NCBI GenBank assembly: GCA_002633005.1
Contig: NMRA01000011.1
Coordinates: 1 to 64,000, forward strand
Source: Phoronis australis
Lineage: Eukaryota; Animalia; Phoronida
DNA: 64,000 nt
Direction of reading: 5' to 3'
This document shows positions 11,818-23,925 of this stretch, in pieces. Made by a program: the position numbers and the translations under genes. The notes under the pieces are model-generated. The model was not told where the DNA came from. It did no database searches and saw only the letters and a program-made list of their open reading frames with translations. Positions within the stretch are counted from its first letter, which is position 1. Every line of letters begins with the position of its first letter.

Positions 11818-13899
11818 CAGGGCTCGACATAACGAGCCGCAGATCGCATTTGCGACCTCAAATTTGGAAATACGAGCCGAATTATTGGCAGCTCGTATCA
11901 AGTCGCAAAATGCGACCTGGAATTTCCAACGAATGCGAGCTGAGTTTTTACACTTCTCAACAGATACCTGGCAAATACAAAGCAGCTGTTGTTATTCCGA
12001 CCGTTATTTGGTTGTTGCCAAATCCAAGTTCAAAAGAACACTAACCGAGAACAGCCCTCCCAATGACTTGTAAGCAAGTCGCGTGAACATGGGATATGCA
12101 GAATCAATCTTTGACGCGTTTCATTGGCTAAAACTTTCGGCCACTATTGTAAATTCCTGTATTCGCAGAAGAAAGTCTCGGACCACTGCTTAACACATGA
12201 TAAAACTTCACAAAACAACGGTGTTTCTACTAATTCTTAAGCGATCAACTTACCAAACTTTGTGGTGGACAAAAATGTTTATTTTTTACATAAGATGTCC
12301 TTATTACATGTACCAAATATCCATGACAATATCCCTGATAATGCACTGCTGCACCGTTAGCACACAAGCGGTCCCCGCAGACAATCATGACTTAGACTGA
12401 GATATGCTTCTCCTTTTTATCAAATTAAGACAGCCAAAGTGAAAATGACAACCTTAACCGCCAAACGACGGTCACGTCTTTACTTTCAGTTGCCAAGAAA
12501 GTCTTAAACCCTTTACTTGTTTCTGAGGCTACGTGCGCGAAATATGATTTGTCTTTCACACGTTGTTGCCAATGTAAAGTGTAGGCCTACTCCAGCAATT
12601 CAAGTGCGTGACCTCACGCGTGCGCACCACTTCAAAGAACAGTGACAGTCCTAAATGAAAGAGTATACCAGCTTGGCTCTGGTTTATTTGAAAATGAACT
12701 CAGATTCCCAGCGGTTATAAAAGACCCAATGTCCCGGGACCGATATAACCCAGAACTGACGTTTTCCTGTTCTGATGTTTCCTGAGGTCGATTTTCTGTA
12801 AACCCTCATTCTTCTCTTTATACACCCCCCACCCCCCCAGCAACTTTTCGAGCCCCGAACCAACGTCGCCGTAAAATGTTAATCAGACTCCTATAGAAAC
12901 AACCTTGTTTCGGCTGAAGCGGGCAGTTAATAAAACAAAATCCTTCTGGGTGGCTAAAAAGGGTACAAAGTAGGTGGTAACGATATCCAGAAAGTCACCC
13001 TACTAGCTGGAGTTTGCCTCGCAAAATCGTATTATTATAACGTTTCTTACCATAGCAGCGTTTTAATATCTTATTACCGCAAACACTGAGGTTAACGACT
13101 ATGCTCACGCACAAGCCTACTCCCTACCTTTAAAGTGTTTCATAAAAAGCGCTCACTTTTTTGAGAATTTCCAATTAAGTGCCCACAATTCAAGCTAGCG
13201 CCCATCATAGCGTACTACAAACGACCGCGTGTGGTTTAAAATGACACGTAGCTTATATGGTGTGTCACTTTCAATTTACACAACTTCAGTTTTCAAAAAC
13301 GTCTTTTCACAATATGTAAAAACCAAAACCCGGCTTTGTTTTATACCTCGGAAAGAAAGTTAACACTAGTGACATGCGTGTCGTTTTGTGACTGACCTAT
13401 TTTTCCTGTACTTGGAAGGTATTGAGGAGCAAAGTTGCAATTACCTGAGTTAGTTTGAATCATTAACAACTTTGATGACAGCCAGTAGCAGGCCAGATCT
13501 AACAAAATCCCGGATACTTTTTCAACGGGCATTTTCTCCCTTTTCACGTCGCAAATTTAGCTTCTAGTCGAATGCACAAGTCAGTTAGAGAACATTGATT
13601 CAACTTTCACGTCGGCAAATACGCTCTAGAGTCTTTCAAATGCGGTCGTGAAGAACAGTAAGGCCGTACCTGCACGAATGAAGTCAATTATGAGATCCGA
13701 AATTTGTGAGTATTTAATGCTGCAGGTAAGAGCATAATCTAAACATTTTCTCGATGATCTAAAAAATCTATTTTGGCGCGTAAAAATGGCGGGAAAATTT
13801 TGCGAAATGCCATTTATGAATGCCAGCTAAATTTTGCGACCTGGGATTTTGGCTGGGTCGCAAAATGCGACCTGGCGATTTTAATAGTGTCGAGCCCTG
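11818..13899. mobile_element. Non-autonomous hAT-like element, 12-bp TIR, 5-bp TSD
   Basis: CTGAT|CAGGGCTCGACA ... TGTCGAGCCCTG|CTGAT, with subterminal TGCGACC repeats. Confidence 0.85.
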
Positions 13900-14843
13900 C
13901 TGATAGTGAACACTTCTGCACCTTATACCCCCCGAATATCCCGATAAATAACTGTTAGACTGTCATGCACACAGTCACCCGGCGACTCAATATCGGCCTT
14001 ACCGAGACAATTCTTGAATCTTTCTAGCAGATGAGATCAACAAGTGCTAAATAAAACACATTCTGCTTTACTGCTTGTGTTAATTTCTTTAGTTACAATG
14101 CACACCTAGATCGTTAAATCGTGTTTACTCTGACAAATGTACTCTGATGATACGCACGTGCTTGCTCACTCACACAATACGCAGACGAACTTTAAAACAA
14201 ACATCATGTGACAACAACATGTGTGTCGTCCACAGATTTTCTCGCGTTGCATAGTATGATCTAGCACAGATTTGGACTTAATATGAAGTTAATCTCGACT
14301 CCACAAGAGAGCAATGTTAAGGAGGACTTCGGGTAATTCGTTGAGAAGAAACTATATTTCTACTCAAGAATTCAAGTTGACCTATCGGCGATCGCAAGGC
14401 AGCAACGCATCAGTCGGCGAGTTTGCGTACTGGGATTTTCTGAAAAATGCTCGTAATTTAATAACAAAGGTTGATAGCAATCCACTGCAATTTTGTAGAA
14501 AGTCTGTCATAGGTTACAGATGCGTCATAAAGCGTAAATTTTATCAATTCTAGCTTAAGATTTCACCTGTTTCGGTTTCAACTACTTTGGGCTACAAGTG
14601 CCCCCCCCCCCCTCCTCAAGCGTGTTTCTACGCGCCCTGGGAGCTTATTAGGGCGAACACGGTATGAAATCTGTGAAAATTTGACTTTACCTTGAACATA
14701 GAGAAAATGAGAGACAAATTTTAGTTAGCTATTAAAATCAAGGTCCATGTTCTAATCTCTAGACTGAGTGTCTGTGCTTGAGCAGGGTGCACCACTGACT
14801 TTCAGTTGAGTTTCATGAACAGTATTGTAAAAGTAAGCCTTAC

Positions 14844-15023
14844 TGATTTGTAGAGACTGGCCTCTGGGCTAGGCTTCACTTTGTGGTTTTGTCCCAGCAT
14901 GCAGACATTGAGGAAGTCTTCAACCTTTGTCCTATTGTCCAATCGATTACTAGTCACAATTGTAACAGAGAACTGGAGACAACACAACAGTCCAACAAAG
15001 CAGGAAGGTGGGTCGAAGAACAT
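14844..15023 (-). CDS. folr: Folate receptor family gene, first coding exon (signal peptide and N-terminal Cys region; exon 15035-14844)
   Basis: Acceptor ttcatttgCAG 12 nt upstream of the ATG at 15023. MFFDPPSCFVGLLCCLQFSVTIVTS...FLNVCMLGQNHKVKPSPEASLYKS matches FOLR LNVCM..KHHK.KPGPE..L. GTAAGG donor in phase 0, in frame with exon 6278-6087. Confidence 0.9.
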
Positions 15024-15409
15024 GATGGGATGATTCTGCAAATGAAGATGGTATTATGTGACAACAAAAACTTGAAGCAGAAAGTAAATGTTCAAGTTGT
15101 CAGCAATCCAGGCATTGAGTTTTGAAAGTTGAACCCTTTAAAACGGGTAAAGATTTAGAACTTGCCTTATCAGCAGACTCTGCGTGTTTAAGGCCGCAGA
15201 CCTCAACCCTCCCAAACCGGTGTCTTCGGAGGTTGAAGCCAAATTTCAGCCTATTCAATCTGCGGACAGTCATGACTTTAGAGCAGTAATTAAAGCCTCT
15301 TATTGAATCACGGTTTAATTTTTAACCAATTTAGTGATGAGTAATTTGTCTTGATTACTGTAAATCAAATCAAAGTTTTTACCCAGACTGTTGAAGCCCA
15401 GTTGAACAT

Positions 15410-15665
15410 ACTGGAGACACACACAGTGGGACACGGCAGTATTTCAAACCAGCCATGTCCCACCGTGTATGTCTCCAGCTTTTGATCTGTGGTGGTATTA
15501 CTGCATTATTTCCATTTGAGAATGAAACAATTGTTTCTAAATATCATGTCGTTTAATCTTGTCTCTTGGTCAGTTGCAATATTCTGTTGAGTGTCGAACT
15601 TTGTTCTGAGGATACGAACGGAATAAAATAAAGATTGTTTATAGTGTCCGGTATTCAATCAATTT
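15410..15665 (+). mobile_element. Diverged solo pLTR of a Penelope family 2 relative, with a short inverted 5' piece and a hammerhead motif (15513-15548)
   Basis: Aligns to 9188-9434. ~15410-15438 is the reverse complement of ~15452-15478. Motif: CAT-TTGAGAA-T-GAAACAA/TTGTTTC-TAAA-TA-TC-ATG. Confidence 0.75.
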
Positions 15666-15749
15666 TGCACACATATACACATGCACACGCACACACATAT
15701 ATTAAAAAAAGTGTTCTCCATGCTAAACAGTAATAGACTAGGCAGTAAC

Positions 15750-16010
15750 AACAAAGGAGATTAAAATTCATGAGGCTTTACATATCAGTTGGTGCAAGCC
15801 CAATCTCAATAGGCAACTGACACACCACAGGTTGTCATTGTTGGTCTAGTTCATTGTCACTCCCTGTAACTGACTGTATCTGTGCTTCATTACTTGTTGC
15901 TGGGCCTAGCTAGGTGGCTACTGTATTATGACTTCTGCGGATGGTGTTTAATAAAAGTGACACCGAAACATGTCAAGTTTTAAAACCGTAGTTATTTTCT
16001 TAAAAAAGTG
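15750..16010 (+). mobile_element. 3' fragment of a third Penelope-like family (GIY-YIG C-terminus and 3' UTR)
   Basis: KEIKIHEALHISWCKPNLNRQLTHHRLSLLV* (stop at 15849) fits the LKI.EAL.I...KP.LN.Q end motif. Confidence 0.75.
15930..15979 (+). ncRNA. Minimal type-I hammerhead motif, A6 to C
   Basis: ACTT-CTGCGGA-T-GGTGT..ACACC-GAAA-CATG-TC-AAGT, with a palindromic ACATGT helix III. Confidence 0.65.
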
Positions 16011-16299
16011 TTGCATATTTTGTTATACAACCCAATAATTTTCAGGTTTCAAAAGTAAATCTTTTTCATTGCTGTATAGAAGCAGGAGCTAGATTTTAGT
16101 GCAAGAGATCGTCTATTTGTATAATGTATCCATAAGTTACACAGAATGCCCTTAACTGACCACAAAACTACTGACATACGATTGCTCAAGAATTACTCTA
16201 AAGAGCTTCTAGTCGATGAATTGCTCAAAATTAACTGGGACCCTGAACTTTCCTGTGAATGTATACATTATTCCTGGAATAATTTTAAGTCCATATCTA

Positions 16300-17600
16300 C
16301 CCGTATAGTCATACCCCAAATTTAGAACCAAAGTGCTATCACTCAGCCATGAAGGTCATTTAGGTATAGTAGGTAAAAAACAACGCTCAAGAACAAAGGT
16401 TTGGTGGCCTGGTTTTGACAGACAGGCTGAACAGTTTTGCCAATTAGTGGCAAGACCAGATGCACCAAAACTGATATGATCAAGTGAATTGCCAGAGGGT
16501 CCATGGCAAGATATGGCAATAGATTAATCAGGTGAATCTGTGTTGGTTGTGGTTGATTACTAGAGTCGTTTCTATGAGATAGTACTTATGCATTCAACGC
16601 TCAAGACAAAAATCCCAGATGCTCTGATAAGAAGTTCTGTTTTTTTTGGTGTACCTTTAACCATCAAGTCAGATAATGGGCCTCAATTTTGGTCGGAGCA
16701 CTTCATAACCTTTTGTGAAGAATTTGGGATACGTCATCAGAAAATGACACCCAGATGGGCCCAAGCTATTGGCGAGGTTGAGCATCCGAATTCATCAATT
16801 TTGAGACGCATTCAGTTCGTGCATTCAGAGGGTTTTGGACAAAAAAATTAGAACAAAATTGTCAGAAATTCAACATTTCCCTACTGCAGATGACAATGAA
16901 ATCCGTGATTGTGATGCAGAAATGAAAGCCAAATATGAAACTGTGGCTGATGATTTGCGTAATGCGAAGTTTTCAGTTGCTGACGTGGGAGATGTTGTTG
17001 CCAAAAAGGGAAACAGTGTTATTATTGAATCCCTTGGAGAGTAATATTCTAGGAATACAGCGGTTGTGAAAAAGTTTTCTGACCCTAGAGGAAATGATGC
17101 TGATGTTAGTCACCAATCTCTATTTTCTAAGGTTAATGGAAAAAGTGTTGTTACTGTGTGTGATGTTGACAGAACTGTTAAAACACAGGATACAAGTGTT
17201 GATGATGTACCACTTAAGGACACCACTGTGGGTGATCGCCCCAGAAGGATTGTCACACTCCCTAAACAGTTTGAGTAAACAGTAACAGCTAGGTTGAAAT
17301 AGCATGCCATATGGTACCCTATGATGCTATGTTTATATGTTAGTTTGGTGTATTGATGAACTTATAGTTGTTTATTGTAACTGTAACAGCTTGACCTTAG
17401 AGCTGGAATTCCACTAGAATTTAGGTTGACATTTTAGTGGTGACATGTGTTTCTCTATACTATTGAGATAGCTTGACATTGTTTAGTCAAATTTTTTAAT
17501 TGTTTGATTGTCTTTATAATTCCACTGAGAAGGGTAGAGATGTCATGTATCAGATTACACCATGTGCTTTACTGTTTGTTAAAATGCTCAGAAATCAGAT
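16300..17600 (+). mobile_element. Decayed Ty3/Gypsy 3' part: integrase, polypurine tract and start of the 3' LTR
   Basis: HEGHLGIVG...VWWPG; ELPEGPWQDMAID; VVVDY*SRF; IKSDNGPQF; GEVE. AGAAGGGTAGAGA is followed by TGT at 17541. Confidence 0.85.
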
Positions 17601-17621
17601 TTGTGATTAAATTCCTAAAGG

Positions 17622-18011
17622 ATATATTCAATAGGAATTCCTATAGGATATCTTGATCCTATAGGAAATCGATATTCCTACAGGAATTCTTATAGGAAAT
17701 CTTATCCTATAGGAATCTTTGATAACTATATTGGAATGTGTTTTTTTTATCCTGTTGTTACATAATATTCTATCCTGTTGTTGTTTATGGTTTAGTGGTT
17801 CCTGTTTTGTAGTCAGTACTCTATTAGTCATATATTCCTAGAACCTATTGACTTCCTGTACATTTCTGTATTATATTCTATTATTTGTTGATATCAATAC
17901 ACTTTTAGTTCGACAGCCAACTGGTCACAATCTTTGTTTTACTCACGACTTTTCCTCTTATAGGAACCTATAGGAATTCCTATAGGATCCTATTGAATAT
18001 TTTCGTATGGG
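17622..18011. repeat. Palindromic TCCTATAGGA-rich MITE/foldback fragment
   Basis: Multiple ATAGGAATTCCTATAGGA units with inverted ends TATTCAATAGGA / TCCTATTGAATA. Confidence 0.6.
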
Positions 18012-18199
18012 AGGAAAAAGGAACTCATTAGGAATTTCAGAAAAAAGTAGGAAAAGTAGGAAGAGGCCAAAAAAGTAGCAAAAAGTAGGAACGTTTGAAA
18101 GCCTGGTAGTGTCAACCAACTACCGTAGGATTTTTGTAAATCTGGCTTGTTTGAGGACTACCTGAGATCGCAGCCAAATTCTCAATCGCTCCTCTTTAT

Positions 18200-18768
18200 C
18201 TGCAGTTCGCCTCAGCCTAAAGGTAGCTGGGCAGATGGCAATGGATTGGTTCTCCTCTAATGGAATGGCTGTAAACCTTGGTAAATTTAAGTCAATCATC
18301 TTTTCTAGGAATCGTGTACATAATAATGATAGGTATCTCATGTCTGGTGATACTATTATTGAGTGTGAAGAGTCCGTTAAGCTGCTGGGTGTCCAACTTG
18401 ACAGCCAGTTAAAATTCCATGAGCACGTTGATGTTATTTGCAAAAAAGCTTCTAGACAAATGAATGCCTTGTTCCGTCTTCGTAATGTTTTAGGCATTAA
18501 CAGTAAGCTTAAGTTATATTACGCATTTATAAGATCCTATTTTAATCACTGCCCCCTCGTTTGGCACCTGACCTATATGGCTATGTTTAATACATGTGTA
18601 CTTTTGTATTTATATGTTTAAGTTCTGTGTATTCTCCGTACTGTAGAATTAGCTAGTATTTTAGTTCTGTATCTTCATTTTGTAGATTTTAAATTTGTCG
18701 GATAATAGCACTTGTGGTAGCGTTTCATTGTTAAATCTCACCGACTTTTAAATAAAGATTATATTACT
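18200..18768 (+). mobile_element. CR1/L2-type LINE 3' end (RT thumb, 3' UTR, short ATT-like tail)
   Basis: WFSSNGMAVNLGK...VKLLGVQLDSQLKFHEHVDVICKKASRQMNALFRLR...YYAFIRSYFNHCPLVWH, then AATAAAGATTATATTACTA. Confidence 0.88.
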
Positions 18769-19850
18769 ACCTCGCAATGCACAATCAACAGGTGGCAGAC
18801 ATCTTGAAGCTGTGACGGGATCGCCGTCTATTGGTGGAGTCGTGAGAAAGAGGAGTGGTCAGTTTAGTTCCAGAAGCTAGGGTGTGTTATTATATTTTAA
18901 AGGGGTGTAAGACGGTCACTTTCTTATATGGGACTTCCGATGATGAAATTTTTAGTTGTATTTTGATTGGTTTTTACATTTAACTTGAGACCCCTATTTT
19001 AGCGTAATTTGGAACATTCGCGGTGCGAATACGCCTATGAAAAAAGGGCCCCTGACGCTAAAGCTTCGGATTCGGCGGGTCTCGTATCTATCTGGTAAGA
19101 ATCTCAACTTTTTAACTCTATCGGGTCTCGATACTATCCGGTTAGAGTCTCAACTTCGCAGCTTTTTAGCCTTTACTTTTTAGCTTACAAATTTTTCATT
19201 ACTCGACTTAGGGTACTAACTTACGATTTGGGAGCCGTTTCAAACCTAGTGAGGGTACATTGACGACGGAAACTAATGATGTATATTTGTCTACTTCTCT
19301 CTTGTTTCTCTCTGTATAAGTTGTCGTCATGGTTCTCTCGTATGCGATTCGAATGAGTGAAAAAATACACAACGCTGCAAATATTTTTATTGGCTACGAA
19401 CAGTCGACATTTTAGATAATAAGAAGATCGTACGTGCTGGTCGCTCCCAATTCCCGTTACATTTGGTGCCGAGGGCCTGCGGATGAACCTGTGGTGATAT
19501 TTTTTTTTCTTCTTCTACTAATATTCTACCAGAACTTTCCTATCTCTAATCTTATCCTAGTGTCAGGAACGGAACAGAAACCTGTTCTTGTCTCGACCAA
19601 GACGCCGGGTTTATGACTGGCCACGGTCCTATCACTCACCGATACGTACGTACGGGCACCACTGATCGTGGAAGCCGTTCTACTATTAATGTTCTACTTT
19701 TTGTTTACCTCTTAATTAACACCTGCTGTTTTTTAGGGTTATGTCCTTAATTTTTTTCGACTCCATTCCGTGGGTACGTTGAGTTTCTGTAACTTGTTCA
19801 GTAATTAATTGGTCGGTAGGTTCCCGGCATGATTCCGGTTCCCGTTTTTG

Positions 19851-20012
19851 TAGTCCAGCCTCCCGTTCAGTAACGCTAGGACCTCGCTAAAAAGCAAGAC
19901 TTCGCGAGAATACGTGAGATTTCGCCGTGTATTTTGAATACGAACACATGACTTTGACTAGGTTTTAGCTAGGTCCTAGCGTAGGTCCTAGCGTCTACTG
20001 AACGCACGCCAG
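19851..20012. mobile_element. Short MITE family (TAG-started, imperfect TIRs); further copies at ~57818-57972 (inverted) and a fragment at 38316-38351
   Basis: CCAGCCTCCCGTTCAGTAACGCTAGGACCTCG...GCAAGACTTCGCGAGA recurs as a reverse complement at ~57903-57969. Confidence 0.7.
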
Positions 20013-21305
20013 TATTTTTCTTGGCGATCACGCACTTAATAGTTAGGACGTTTTAGTACTTTGGTCCATGTTAGTTCGAGCGGTAACTTACTCTGATTAT
20101 TTCCTCTGGTTATTTGTGGTCCTTGGTTGTCTTGTTTTGATTTTCTCAATGGCGCCAATTTCAAATTGTTCGTGGAAAGGGCACCCATTGAGGATGCTGA
20201 TACACTCCTGACCACCGCAACGTAAATACTGCAATGGCAGGGAACAATCATTCCCCGAGCAACCCCATTATGAAGCCCTGTGACCGCCCGAGAATGTCTG
20301 TTGACGAATTACGTCCGGCAGCTGAACACTGATTCTCTACTGCCTAATGTTGTCAAAAGAAAAGAAAAATGACCGCCCATGTTTGATTTAAAAACGCCAG
20401 AGTGGGTCGATTTTATTAAACAATTTGAAATTGTTTCGGGTTGGAACAATTGGGACTCCTGCCGAGATGGCGATTCAGTTGTGTACGTGTCTGAAAGGAC
20501 CGGCACTCAGAGCGGTCCTGTCAGAAATCGCAGAGGATGAATTGGCTGATTATCATTCTCTCAGAAATCTTTTATAACAGCGGTTCAAACTCCCTGAGCG
20601 GACACCTGCCTATAGGTGTGAGGTAGTTCCCACGCGCAAACGCGCCGAAGGCGGAAGCACGGCTGATTTCGGGTACGCCCTAAGGCGAATGGCCGCAAAA
20701 GCGTATCCCGACCTTGACAATTTTTCAAGGGAAACATTAATTATTAACCAGTTTATTTCGGGCTTGGTTGATCAGTCTTTAACACGTCATGTTCAGTTTA
20801 ACCATCGCCCACTACTGCGGACTGGAGAAAGAGATCAGAGATTTGCGTGCCGAGTTAGGGCACTTATGTAAGAAGGAATTAACTTGCTCTTCTTGTGGTG
20901 AAATCGGCCACATTACATAAGCCGAGAGTGTGGAGTACACCGGCAACAGTCGTCCCAGGTGGCCCAAATCAATCAGCCACGCAACGGTGTCGTCAAACCA
21001 GTGTCAACTGAATCCGAGACCGGGGGTTCAGTCGGAAACTATGTTGACTCATTAGCAGGTTGTCTGTTTGACTTTGTGAACGTAAATATTTATCATAGGG
21101 AGCATTGTATGATGGTGGGTCGGCACGGACAATCATTATTTCTAGATCTGTGTTCGACCAGTTGAATGATTTGGGCTCGCGAGATTTGCATCCCATTTCC
21201 CTAAATATTTTTGATGCTAGCGGTAACTTGATCAAAGATTATGGAGAGATAGAAATTAGTTTTAGTATTGGAGGTTTATATTTTAGTCAGGTAGTGGTTG
21301 TTGCC

Positions 21306-21430
21306 AGGGGCGGATCCAGGGTTTTGAGTTGGGGGGGGGNGGGGGGGGGGCTGGTAACAGGAATATTTTTGGCAGATGCCGCGCGCCCAGCTTACGTCTG
21401 GGGATGCACTGGGGATGCAAGGGTCTCGAA
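21306..21430. mobile_element. Partial CAGGGGCGGATCCAG-type hAT-like MITE within the Gypsy protease
   Basis: Terminal motif followed by G-runs interrupts the protease frame. Confidence 0.55.
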
Positions 21431-22139
21431 TTGTTGGGTTGCTGAGATTGATTTTCCTCTTATTCTGGGTTTGGATTTTATTTTGCACGCTTTCTAATTT
21501 TCCAAACAAGGATATTTTGACGATTCGGGGGCGAGAGTTTCATCTTCACCATAGAAATGTGCATTCACAGTGGAGTTGTAATGCCGAAAGTTGAACGTGC
21601 TGAGAAAATTCCTTCGGTAGGCTTAGTGAATTCAGATTCTGTTCCGGCAGAGCGTGGCGAAGGGATGGTGCCTCCTCATTTAGCATCATTGATTGTGAAC
21701 GCAGGGGCTCAACCCTGACCAGGCTGCCAAGGTTAAATCATTGATTTTAAATTATGTTGACGTTATTGAGGGACTAACGAATGGAGAGTTAGGTCTCACT
21801 GACAGAGTCCGACATAAAATCCATACGGGGGACAATCATCCCATTAAGCAAACACCGAGACGCATGGCTCTCGCGCAACGTGAAATTGTGGATCGGGAAA
21901 TTGAGAAAATGATTTCTGCAGGTATCATTGAGCCTAGCGGCATTGGCCGTCTATTTCTTTGGATCCTAAAAAAGGCAGATAGTTCAGATGTGAAAAGTTG
22001 GAGAGTTTGTATTGATTTTAGAGCGTTGAATTCTGTGACAACCAAAGATGCATTTCCGCTCCCGAGAATAGATTCGTGTTTAGATCAGTTGGGTGGTAAT
22101 TCGTTTTTCTCGTCCTTGACTTGGTTCAGTGGTTACTGG

Positions 22140-22772
22140 TGTAACGGGGCGGTATCTACGACCAAGGCGCCCCGATTTTACGAGCCCGGTGCGGACTGAG
22201 GGTGATATTGAAAACTAAAAGTTGGTGAATAATACCTAGGTTTATTGTAAGAATATATAACTACAATATTTCACACTTACAAGCAATCCAGTTGTTCCAT
22301 GACTTCATAGTATCGCAGCGTTGTGATTTATACAGTTCTGATACACGGTCAAGCCAGTCGCTGATTAATAGTTGTGTGTGCAAAAACGGGGCAATTTGGT
22401 TATTCAGATCCGAAAGGTGAGATGCAATCAAGCTCGGGAGGAGCCCGAGAATTGCATGGGGCTAAACTATTGGCAACCAAGTTCGGGAGGAGCCCGAAAG
22501 CTGCACAAACAGTTGCAATTTGGTGTGAGCGAAGGTGTAAATGTTTGCTTCTTGAACTCTGCGACTGGACTCCTCGTGTCTGACAGAGACAAAGCTTAAG
22601 TACACAATTTCAACCAATCAGACACGATCTGAAGGGCAAGGCCCATAGCTCCTAGCTTCTGGCCATGTCCAAAGGACTCAAAATCATAGGAAAATTCCAT
22701 ACGTAATACACAGCTTGACCACTAGAGGGAGCATATATCTTACATAATCATGTCCAGGGCACTCCTGTTACA
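22140..22772 (-). mobile_element. Solo LTR (633 bp) inserted in the Gypsy RT, 4-bp TSD CTGG
   Basis: CTGG|TGTAAC...GTTACA|CTGG. Removing it restores SGYW-Q. TATAAA (~22327-22332) and AATAAA (~22241-22246) lie on the minus strand. Confidence 0.92.
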
Positions 22773-23192
22773 CTGGCAACGGTTCCCATGGCGGAGGACA
22801 AGGAGAAAACTGCATTTAAGCACCTGGTCGTGGTTTGTGGGCATTCAAAGTCTTACCGTTTGGTCTTAGTAATGCAGTCGGCTCGTTTGTGCGACTGATG
22901 GAGATGTTTTAGAGGGTTTAATATGTTTAAGTGTTAAGTGTTATGTTAAAGTGTTTAGTGTACATAGACGACGTCTTGTGTTATTCTAAAACATTTGATG
23001 ACGCGTTATCCGATTTAGAACAAGTTTTCATTCGTTTACGTAACGCTGGTTTGAGGCTGAAGCCTACAAAGTGCACACTGTTTAAACGCAAAGTTAACTT
23101 TTTAGGGCATGTAGTTGCGACGGACAGATGGTATATCTTTGTGATCCCGCAATAGTTGAAGCGATCGAGTGTTGTTCTCGTCCAATAGGTGT

Positions 23193-23925
23193 CACTGATA
23201 TACGGAGTTTTCCTGGATAACTGTGAAGGCCCAGGTACAGCCTCGCTGCTTCCCTGCGTGCTTAGTCCAGCCAGCACGCAGGTATCACGCAGTGGCATGC
23301 GCTTTGGCATTGGTCGATGTAACCTCGGCAGTCATTGGTTAGCTTTACAACACCGTGAAAAAATGGCGGACTGTGAAAGATTTTTAGCCTTGTCATGCAA
23401 GTTGTGTCGCAGCAACTATTTAGTTTCTGCAGTGGTGTTTAATAGCCGCGTGCTTGAAGCACATACATGTACACACATCTGGCCGATTTAACCGGTGTGT
23501 TATTCATACTGTATGAATATAGGACAATATCGTAAACAGAAGTCATCGACAGTAGAAAGATTCATTCCGAAAAGTCGCAATCACAATTTCTAGACTTTGC
23601 ATTTCCTGAGCATAAATTTTAAGCACCGATTTGTCTGCATAACAGACCACATTTACACTTCAGTCATGCCAGTTTGTTTGCGTAAAGCGCTGCCTGTTGA
23701 GAATTCGACTAGCCAATCAGAAACGCCGGTGTAAAAAAATTTACCAAGGAAAATTAAGTGATACCTGCGTGCTGGCGCGGCTACCGCCCCACCTAGCGGT
23801 ACGCAGGGAAGCAGCGAGAGATACAGCGCACTAGAACGATGGTTTTCATTGGCTATCAGCTGGCAATTTTTAACCAGGAAGTTTGGTCTGCACATGCTGA
23901 CATCCGGTAATACGTTATCAGGTCG
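23193..23925. mobile_element. Non-autonomous DNA element with 8-bp TSD (P/hAT-like)
   Basis: ATAGGTGT|CACTGATA...TATCAGGTCG|ATAGGTGT. The TIR is imperfect. Confidence 0.5.

Larger units (their letters stand above)
11123..14662. mobile_element. Non-autonomous Tc1/mariner (pogo-type) element carrying a HIRAN-like relic and a nested hAT-like insertion
   Basis: TA|CCGCAATCGCCCTAATAAGCGCCC ... GGGAGCTTATTAGGGCGAACACGG|TA (TA flanks). A homologous copy lies in the opposite orientation at ~41550-45790. Confidence 0.75.
18811..23150 (+). mobile_element. Decayed Ty3/Gypsy retrotransposon: 5' LTR 18811-19461, PBS, gag with Zn knuckle, protease, RT; 3'-truncated
   Basis: LTR TGTGACGGGA...TCCCGTTACA; PBS TGGTGCCGA at 19464 (tRNA-Phe-like); gag ALRRMAAKAYP...NQFISGL; CSSCGEIGH; protease ..ILGLDF; RT HKIHTGD..PIKQ, WRVCIDFRALN, DAFPLPRID, SGYW/Q, EKTAF, CLVYIDDV, LKPTKC, FLGHVV. 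Confidence 0.9.
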
